Below, one piece after another: positions 56,971 through 64,000 of a stretch of DNA of 64,000 nt. Position 1 is the stretch's first letter, and each line of letters opens with the position of its first letter. The notes beneath the pieces are model-generated. The model was not told the DNA's origin, did not search any database, and saw only the letters and a list, made by a program, of their open reading frames with translations. The stretch comes from an uncultured virus (IMG/VR IMGVR_UViG_3300008108_005860) (lineage: Duplodnaviria; Heunggongvirae; Uroviricota; Caudoviricetes): IMG/VR virus record IMGVR_UViG_3300008108_005860, one strand, 5' to 3'. Made by a program: the position numbers and the translations under genes.

Positions 56971-58411
56971 TGGTGTCTACTCCATAGTTGTGCATGGGAT
57001 ATGGTTCGTGAGTGGGCGCACGAGTGGCCACTGTTTGGATCACGTCTTTTTGTATGATCCAATTGCTGCCTTCAAACTCTGTGTCGGGCAGGCTGTTTTT
57101 CACCAACTCTGGAACCACTGGTACTGTTTCCGAACCTCCGGAATTAAGGCCTATCAAACTGGCGTCCATGCGCAGTTCTGCACCGCACTTCCAGGAACCC
57201 TTGCCGCCGGCTTCCAACAACAGGGTACCATCGGCCTTGACTTCGAATGTGGCCTGTGTGTAAACATTGATATTTTTATCGGCACGTAGATTAAACACAT
57301 CCTGTGTTTCCAGATTCATGGCGCCTTTGCTGCGCATACGGATCTGACCCTCGGCATTGATGTTGATGTCTTTGTCCGCGTGCAGATTCAGCGTGCCGGC
57401 TGTGCGCAAGTTAATGCTGTTTTCCGCATAGATGTCCAAGGCACCTTCTCTATTGAGTTCGATCCAGACATCGCCGCGCTTGCTGATGATGTGTAAAAAA
57501 CTATCTGAATCATTCATCAGAATCTGATGCCCTTGACAACTGCGAAGTCTGAACAGTTTGTTGTTGCCGGATAGATCACCGTCGTCCATGGCCAAGGTAT
57601 GACCGCCTGTACGTGCAATGACTTCTAACTCAGAGGGTGCCACGTCGCCTGAATCAATGTCAGACTGTATTTCATCGTTGGCGAATTTGCCCTTGTACAC
57701 AGGCTGCCCCGGTGTTGAAATACCAAACACACGACTAGGTGATTCGCGTTGGCTGTTGGTGGTTATGGGCCCACGCTGTGGATCGTCGATGATACCTTGT
57801 TGTAGCATCTGTGCAGCCTGATAGACATGCACTGCTTTGGGTTTGGTGTAATACTTGGGGTCAGATAATATTGTAGGATCTTTGGTATTGATTTCGATAG
57901 TAGGCAGCAAAGGTTTGCCAGCAAAACCATCAGGCGTGCCTTCCACAGCATAATAATCGTTGCTGTCTCCTGGTTCATTGGGATCGGCAGCAGCACCAAT
58001 GGCAGGAATCATGTGTGTCAGTGCTGGTTCGGGCACACAGCCAATGTAAAATCCTTGATTGGGATCGCCATACACAAATATCACCATGACCCTGGTGCCT
58101 ACATCTGGAGGAGTAGCCCAAAATCCATAACTTTGTCTGCCGCCAATGAAATCGCCTGCACCAGACGATGCACCGGTGTTGGGTGTAACTCCATAAAACG
58201 GACTCATATAACTCACTGTGTGCCAAGTGCTGGAATCGTTGGCCGAAGATCCCGGCATCTCGGGAATGTACACACGCAGTCTACCCGACAGTGTCACGTC
58301 TGTGCTGTCTTTGACTATACCAATGTAGGGCCCTGGATCTACCGGAGTACGGCCGCGTCCAAAGGTTAGATCCTTGGCTTGTCCGCGGTTGATTTCTATG
58401 TTATCGGCCAT
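56963..58411 (-). CDS. baseplate central spike (gp5/VgrG-like), no lysozyme domain evident
   Basis: N-terminal OB fold (GRLRVYIPE...PPDVGTRVMV), GH..MDD repeats, beta-helix, C-terminal PTHEPYPMH. Confidence 0.82.
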   Translation of the reverse strand: MADNIEINRGQAKDLTFGRGRTPVDPGPYIGIVKDSTDVTLSGRLRVYIPEMPGSSANDSSTWHTVSYMSPFYGVTPNTGASSGAGDFIGGRQSYGFWATPPDVGTRVMVIFVYGDPNQGFYIGCVPEPALTHMIPAIGAAADPNEPGDSNDYYAVEGTPDGFAGKPLLPTIEINTKDPTILSDPKYYTKPKAVHVYQAAQMLQQGIIDDPQRGPITTNSQRESPSRVFGISTPGQPVYKGKFANDEIQSDIDSGDVAPSELEVIARTGGHTLAMDDGDLSGNNKLFRLRSCQGHQILMNDSDSFLHIISKRGDVWIELNREGALDIYAENSINLRTAGTLNLHADKDININAEGQIRMRSKGAMNLETQDVFNLRADKNINVYTQATFEVKADGTLLLEAGGKGSWKCGAELRMDASLIGLNSGGSETVPVVPELVKNSLPDTEFEGSNWIIQKDVIQTVATRAPTHEPYPMHNYGVDTSE

Positions 58412-58427
58412 GTGTAATTATTTCCTC

Positions 58428-61400
58428 TTATGGTGCTATGATATCTGAAATGCCAGGTGCATCGTCGTTGCCGGTCTGTGCTTGATTTGGCAACAATTTC
58501 CTTCTGAATTGATCGCGGCGAGCTTGCCGTATCGCTTCTGCTGCTGCTGCCTGGCGCTGGGCAAAAGTTGGTGGCGCAGTTGCCGGCAATGCGCTGGTGG
58601 GACTTTGCGGCACAGTAGTGGGACCACCTTCTTGTGTGCGTAGATCATTGGAGCCGTCGGTATCAAACGCACCTGTGCTGGCTTCGGTGGTCTCTTGTCT
58701 AGCAGTAACTGAGTCAGTGTCGGTAACTGTGTCAACTGGAGTGCCTGTGGCTATTTGGCCAGCAGCACCGCTGGTATAGTCTCCTTTGACAAAGGCTTGA
58801 TCAGGATTCACATCGGCTAGGATTATGCCTTCTATGTCCTGTGTAAATCTGCCGTTTTGAAATTCACTGTTGATCTTGGTAAATTTGTAGGCATTGCTTT
58901 GGCGGCGCACAAACCCTTGGCGTGGTTCTACTTTGACTATGCCATCAGCGAGATTCCAGTCGTCGCCGGTGAGAAAAGTCACCTGGAAATACAATTCGCC
59001 AAGATTGCTGTTGAGTATGTTGGAATCATTGCCGCCAGCTGCTTGTGTGAGATTTTGTCGATTGATCAAGGCTTGATTCACATTGTACCAGTCCTGCAAC
59101 AACAGATCAGGATCACCAATAATTTTTAACTTGGCCTTGGCCAAATCTGTGAAACTGTAAATACCAGCGGCAGCACGAGCAGCCGGGTCTGTGCTGTCAC
59201 CCAGACTGCCTTGTTTGCCTGTTTCGGCTACCACTCGAAAGGCATAACTGGTGCCCACTTGGCCTGCGGCGGCTGCGGCTTCCTTGCCAGCATCTTGGGC
59301 CAACTGTGCGCCAATGCCAAAGGTCTGTCTATACAGTGCGTTAAAATCTTGTTCGTAGTTTAGCACTGCTGTGTTTTGACCAGTGAAGGTAAAATTGTAG
59401 AGTTTGTCAGGACCTCGCCAAGGGGCTCGTTTGAAATAAGGACTGCGCACGTCAGTGACACTGTACTCGCTGATGGCAAAAATAACCTTGTTGGCATAGG
59501 TTTTGCGAAGTTTATCGTAGCCCAAGATCTTGTTGAATGGGGTGATCTTGTACCATTTCACTGGTTTGGTTTGTTCTACTTTTTTGCCATAGAAGTCTTC
59601 TTCGCCTTGGGCGTCGGCATCTGTTGATCTTTCCTTGATAGCCAGCGATGCCTGAGATTTCACATATTCGCTGTTGCGTATCATCATATCCAACCACTGG
59701 ATGATTGGCGTGCCCGGCAGTATCCTCACATTCTTGGCATTTTTAGGCACCGCTGTGTTTTCTCTTGTGTTGATTGATTTGGTATCCGTGGGCACATCGC
59801 CGGCAGCACTGACCAGGCTGTTGTCTAGTCCTGCTGTGATAATTTTAGCGTTGCGTAGATTGTCGCTGGCAAATAACACTTCATACTCGTCGGGTATGTC
59901 AATGGCCTTGGTGCCTTGCTTTTGCGGCCGAGATAATCTTTGTAATTCTTGATTGATAGCCTGGCAAAGGCCGCGTGTGGGAATGTTTTGGCTGGGCTGT
60001 GCCGAGACTTTGCTGGCATCTCCGTAGAATCCCCCTTCTTGCGCATCGGCGTCGCTGGTTTCGGCCCTGGGATTGGCATCTTGGTTGTTGGCATTGTTAC
60101 TGGTACCAGGCACGCCATTAAAGATATCATTGAGATTGGTACCAGTCAATTCAAATCTAGCAGGACTAACACCTAACATGGCTGTTCTAGCCACAAAGCT
60201 GGGACCAAATATGCCCGAGCATTGATACTCTACTATACGTGTGCCGATGCGTGTCTTGACATCTGACAACATGAACAAAAATATCTTGGTAAGAACCGCA
60301 GACTCGCTGCTGCCGGCTAGATCCAGTTGATTGATATCTCCTTTGGGAGTAATCGGCTGACCATTGTTGTCATAGCCATAAAATCGTATGACCATTGCAT
60401 AGGTATGGGCATAGTATTGTCTAGCACTGTTGGGATCTTTGTTGGCCAATGTTGCTGTGGCACTTTGTAATCTATAGATAAATGTTGCGCCTGCTGGTTC
60501 CGTGATGGTAAAACTTAGCCTCCCTGTGGAAGAAGGCACGCCTTGTTCACTGAATCCTATCACGCTTTCAATGCGTAGATTGTCAAGTGTAAAATCGCAG
60601 TCGCTGAAATAAGAGTTGCGTTTGCCTGCTCCCACTGGGCTGCCACCAGATCGTATCAACAGTTGATCACCTGGCAAATTGATAGTTTCGCTGGTGGTAT
60701 CAGACTCCACAAATTTATTGTAGTCTTCAGGAGTCAGCAGATACAAACTGAGATTGTAGGTGTAACTGGCATATTTGTCCAAGGGATTGGTCACTGGTCC
60801 TGACCCTATGCCTAAACTATTGCTGTTACTAGACGGGGACGACGACGAAGACGCACGTATGGTCTGGGATACAGTTGGACCAGCGTCTTCTTGGCTGAAC
60901 GCAGTCTGCGGAAATCCTGCTGTGGTGCCAAAGTTGGAAGGCAGTGCTATGGCTCCGCTGGCCCCGGCAGCAATGCCGCTGGCTGTGCCTGGTATGGCAG
61001 TAACTGTGGCTGCAGGTGTACCCAACGGTATGCCCGGAGAAGGTTGACCGCCGGCGGCTGTGTTGGCATTGGCAGGATCCACTGCGCTGGCTGCACCCAG
61101 TGTCTGTGGCGTAGATGCTGTGCCGCCCGACGCTGCTTGACTGGTGGAGGTGGCAGTGGCTTGATTACGCTGTGCTCGTCCCAGTGAAATAGCCAGGTTG
61201 TTTTGAAACGTTGTCAGACCTTGGTTAGTAATTTCAGTTTTGGCGATAAAAGCAGGCACACCAAACTCACTGAATATGCTGTCAGCGGAATTTCTAATGG
61301 CTGCCAATTCAGCAAATGCAGTCAGCACTGCATCGCTGGCTGCTTGGTATCTGGAATACACTTGATCGTAAGTTTCACCTTGTTCCGTGGCTGTTTGGAT

Positions 61401-61490
61401 AGCTCTAATTTCAGGAGCCCACTTGCGGTTAAATTCCGCCTTCAGGGCTTCCCACTGTAAAACCAAAGTGTCTAGCGTGACTGTGGCCAT
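58428..61490 (-). CDS. putative baseplate hub/tail protein
   Basis: NPLDKYASYTYNLSL, FTITEP.G, KIIGDP, SEFQNGRFTQ; sits between gp53-like and spike genes. Confidence 0.65.
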   Translation of the reverse strand: MATVTLDTLVLQWEALKAEFNRKWAPEIRAIQTATEQGETYDQVYSRYQAASDAVLTAFAELAAIRNSADSIFSEFGVPAFIAKTEITNQGLTTFQNNLAISLGRAQRNQATATSTSQAASGGTASTPQTLGAASAVDPANANTAAGGQPSPGIPLGTPAATVTAIPGTASGIAAGASGAIALPSNFGTTAGFPQTAFSQEDAGPTVSQTIRASSSSSPSSNSNSLGIGSGPVTNPLDKYASYTYNLSLYLLTPEDYNKFVESDTTSETINLPGDQLLIRSGGSPVGAGKRNSYFSDCDFTLDNLRIESVIGFSEQGVPSSTGRLSFTITEPAGATFIYRLQSATATLANKDPNSARQYYAHTYAMVIRFYGYDNNGQPITPKGDINQLDLAGSSESAVLTKIFLFMLSDVKTRIGTRIVEYQCSGIFGPSFVARTAMLGVSPARFELTGTNLNDIFNGVPGTSNNANNQDANPRAETSDADAQEGGFYGDASKVSAQPSQNIPTRGLCQAINQELQRLSRPQKQGTKAIDIPDEYEVLFASDNLRNAKIITAGLDNSLVSAAGDVPTDTKSINTRENTAVPKNAKNVRILPGTPIIQWLDMMIRNSEYVKSQASLAIKERSTDADAQGEEDFYGKKVEQTKPVKWYKITPFNKILGYDKLRKTYANKVIFAISEYSVTDVRSPYFKRAPWRGPDKLYNFTFTGQNTAVLNYEQDFNALYRQTFGIGAQLAQDAGKEAAAAAGQVGTSYAFRVVAETGKQGSLGDSTDPAARAAAGIYSFTDLAKAKLKIIGDPDLLLQDWYNVNQALINRQNLTQAAGGNDSNILNSNLGELYFQVTFLTGDDWNLADGIVKVEPRQGFVRRQSNAYKFTKINSEFQNGRFTQDIEGIILADVNPDQAFVKGDYTSGAAGQIATGTPVDTVTDTDSVTARQETTEASTGAFDTDGSNDLRTQEGGPTTVPQSPTSALPATAPPTFAQRQAAAAEAIRQARRDQFRRKLLPNQAQTGNDDAPGISDIIAP

Positions 61491-61493
61491 GAG

Positions 61494-61793
61494 TTAGAGC
61501 CCCAGTGCTGCGCGAACATTGTCTCCGGATGGCAAATATATCTTTTGGCCTGTGACAAAGTCATTGATGGGATCTACCAAAGTATTGGGATTGCGCTGTG
61601 CAAACACCCACCATAATCTAGCATCACCATACAGGTCATAGGCCATCATGTCAGGGCGTAGGTTGTACACAGCAGAAATGGTAACGTATTCGTCGTCTAC
61701 GCTTTTTGGTATAGGACGATTGATCATGACATCCAAGTAGTTGTCTACCACGTTGGTGTTGAAATAAGGACTGGTAGCATCATATAATGGCAT
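61494..61793 (-). CDS. baseplate wedge gp53-like / LysM-like tail protein
   Basis: RPDMMAYDLYGDARLWWVFAQRN...GQKIYLP. Confidence 0.8.
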   Translation of the reverse strand: MPLYDATSPYFNTNVVDNYLDVMINRPIPKSVDDEYVTISAVYNLRPDMMAYDLYGDARLWWVFAQRNPNTLVDPINDFVTGQKIYLPSGDNVRAALGL

Positions 61794-64000
61794 TAGAAGA
61801 ATCCTTGTTCACGCAGGCCTTGCCCGGTGGCATAATTTTTAAGGCTAAAGACCTGTGCTTGTTGCTGGCGACTTATCAATGGTAGTAGTGTGATTGATAT
61901 GTCAATTTTGGTAGGCACATATGTGGGCTGACCTGCGATACCATAGTAATTAGTGATGTTTTGTGACACAGGATTATTTGCTCTAGCACCAGGATTGATA
62001 AAATTATCAAATGTATTTTTTAGACTGGTCAGCCTAGACAGCGTGGCACCCAAAGGACTGTTGCTGGCAGCGCCTTGTTGATTTCTAATACCAGCTAAAT
62101 TTACAGCACCGCCTGAATAATTTCTTGCACCACCGGCACGGATATAATCCACATCCGAAGGTAGACTATAGTTGAATGCGCTGAGCAAACAAGGATGTTC
62201 ATTGAATTGATAAACTCCAAGGCCGTCCAAATACAGCACCGGGGGCGGTGTGCCTGCCACGGGATTGGAGTCTTGTCCGTAAAACATTTTGCTGGCGCTG
62301 CGGAAAAAATGTATCACAGCCAACATATAATCAGCTTCGGCGGCGCTGTTGGCAGTGAACACACCAGTTACAGAAATTTCCTGTACGCTGGAATTTTTGT
62401 AGAAATATCCTTTGTAGTTGGTATGTACCAATTCGTAAGCATCATAATTGGCGCGATAGCTTGTTGATATTGTGGGAGTATATGGAAACACCACACCTTG
62501 TGTTTCTCTCAAAGGTTGTAATATGCCGGCATCGGGTGCTCGGTACAGATAGTTGGCACCCGGTGCTAGGCCAATTCGCAAACGCCAATCTTCGTTGGTG
62601 TTTTTGGCACGCAGTTGTTGTAGAGCCTGTGCTTGACGCAGTGTTTCTACTTCGGCCTGTGTCTGGGCACGAGCAGTCAGTGAACCGTCGGGGCCAACTT
62701 CGACTACATCGTCGCCGGTGCCTTCTTCACGTTCGCCGTAATCGCCTTCAACATCGCTGTAGGGATCCACTTCCACTTCATTGCTGTAATCAATGGGATT
62801 GTCTTGTTCTTGCTGTTCTTCTTCGCTGAGTTCTCGATCTCCAATGGCTGTGTAGGGATTCTCTGCTGTTAGGTTTCCATCCTCATCTTGTACTATAAGT
62901 TGATTTTCTCGTTCCAGATCAATCTGTTCATCTGTTAATTGAGCATCATCTCCGCCTTGGACATCATAAGGATTCTCTGCTGTTAGATTTCCATCTTCGT
63001 CTTGCTCAATCAGTTGATTTTCTCGCGCCAGATCAATCTGTTCATCTGTTAATTCAGCATCATCTCCGCCTTGTACAGCTGTGTAGGGATTCTCTGCTGT
63101 GAAATTTCCATCTTCGTCTACTGTGATCAGTTGATTTTCTCGTTGCTGATCGATTTCGTCGTCGGTTGCAGATTGCTGTGCAGATAATGCAGAATCTAAT
63201 TCTGGGTTTACTGTTGTGGTATTTGGAGTGGCATTGTTTATCTCCGCAGCCTGCTGATTAATAGCGTTGGCCGCGGGATCTGCGTTTCCGGTCACTGCTG
63301 GAGCCCCAGGTGCAGGTGCTGAGCCTCCCGAGGATACTCTGGCTAAGTCATCCTGACTTTGTGTCAAACTTTGTTCTTTGATGGCCAGCACGCTGTTGGT
63401 CTGGCCAATTTTGTTTTCTTGATCGGATATATCTGAGTTCAAGGCATTGCGTTTAGCCAGTATCTCTGCTTGCTCGGGGCTGCCTGGAGCAGCCGACTTT
63501 AGTTCCTCACCCAACTTAGCACGGGCCGCTTCCAATGACTTGAGCTGCGTCTGCTGAATCTCCAAGTCAGATTTTAAGTCATTGACCTGCGCTCGGTAAT
63601 CGTCTACCTGCGTCTGATACGCTCGTGACGTCGAATTGGTATCTGCCGGCCGAGTCAATTCAGGACTTATTGCCGTGTTTACTGGTGCATCTATACTCCT
63701 AGGTTGTGCTGTGTTGAAGGATGCTTGTGGAGATGCTGTGGCGGCACCTTCTACTGTGTTGGTCTGCACCAAGGTATTGTTGCCTTCGGCTCCGGCAATC
63801 TTGGTAGTGTTTACCGCGCTGTCGCCGCTGTCAAGAGCCGCCACCTGTTGGCGTGTGGCTTCGGCTTCTGTGGTTATTCTGGTCTGTGCTGTCTGGGGCA
63901 CTTGCGAATTGGTAACAGAGGATGTCACTGTAGTGCTGTTGATAGTTTCACTAACGCCAGGTTCATATGTGGTGGTAACCTCCCCGCCTTCGCCAGACTT
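61793..64000 (-). CDS. tail-tube initiator/baseplate protein (gp48/gp54-like C-terminal domain), 5'-truncated by window edge
   Basis: frame stays open to 64000; C-terminal GVVFPYTP...GTPPPVLYL...YSLPSDVDY...PTKIDISITL. Confidence 0.65.
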   Translation of the reverse strand, partial: KSGEGGEVTTTYEPGVSETINSTTVTSSVTNSQVPQTAQTRITTEAEATRQQVAALDSGDSAVNTTKIAGAEGNNTLVQTNTVEGAATASPQASFNTAQPRSIDAPVNTAISPELTRPADTNSTSRAYQTQVDDYRAQVNDLKSDLEIQQTQLKSLEAARAKLGEELKSAAPGSPEQAEILAKRNALNSDISDQENKIGQTNSVLAIKEQSLTQSQDDLARVSSGGSAPAPGAPAVTGNADPAANAINQQAAEINNATPNTTTVNPELDSALSAQQSATDDEIDQQRENQLITVDEDGNFTAENPYTAVQGGDDAELTDEQIDLARENQLIEQDEDGNLTAENPYDVQGGDDAQLTDEQIDLERENQLIVQDEDGNLTAENPYTAIGDRELSEEEQQEQDNPIDYSNEVEVDPYSDVEGDYGEREEGTGDDVVEVGPDGSLTARAQTQAEVETLRQAQALQQLRAKNTNEDWRLRIGLAPGANYLYRAPDAGILQPLRETQGVVFPYTPTISTSYRANYDAYELVHTNYKGYFYKNSSVQEISVTGVFTANSAAEADYMLAVIHFFRSASKMFYGQDSNPVAGTPPPVLYLDGLGVYQFNEHPCLLSAFNYSLPSDVDYIRAGGARNYSGGAVNLAGIRNQQGAASNSPLGATLSRLTSLKNTFDNFINPGARANNPVSQNITNYYGIAGQPTYVPTKIDISITLLPLISRQQQAQVFSLKNYATGQGLREQGFF
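62841..63165 (-). repeat. three tandem 114-117-nt coding repeats
   Basis: GGATTCTCTGCTGT recurs at 62856, 62970 and 63087; unit DEQIDLxRENQLIxQDEDGNLTAENPY..QGGDDA. Confidence 0.9.

Noticed and set aside
33412..62829. Numerous + strand ORFs of 60-230 aa in the ORF track
   Set aside because: Antisense shadows of long - strand structural genes, with no motifs

Overview
A 64-kb segment of a large (probably jumbo) contractile-tailed phage genome in the standard genetic code; the omega subunit and sigma70-type promoters point to a proteobacterial host. The + strand (1-17.5 kb) carries accessory and metabolic genes: small hypotheticals, an MBD4-like glycosylase, a broken DEDDh exonuclease, tRNA-Ile2(CAU), rpoZ, nadE, a nucleotide-sugar operon (split ThDP enzyme, SDR, RmlB-like dehydratase, aminotransferase, RfbH/E1), a MoxR AAA+/vWA pair and thyX. 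The - strand (17.5-64 kb) carries the baseplate/tail module (tube-initiator-like, gp53-like, hub, gp5-like spike, gp25, gp6-like wedge, a 6033-aa giant protein, a tail fibre). That module runs directly into a ~12.5-kb tailoring cluster with five radical SAM enzymes (one B12-dependent), two 2OG-Fe(II) oxygenases, a JmjC-type cupin, an SGNH-like protein and several unknowns. Embedded in it are two otherwise divergent virion-like proteins that end in the identical peptide CHAQCHSSCHNSRGRR, encoded by largely different synonymous codons. The best candidate for an undescribed system is a RiPP-like post-translational modification pathway acting on this C-terminal Cys/His tag of phage structural proteins. 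All calls come from reading motifs by eye; no database searches were run.
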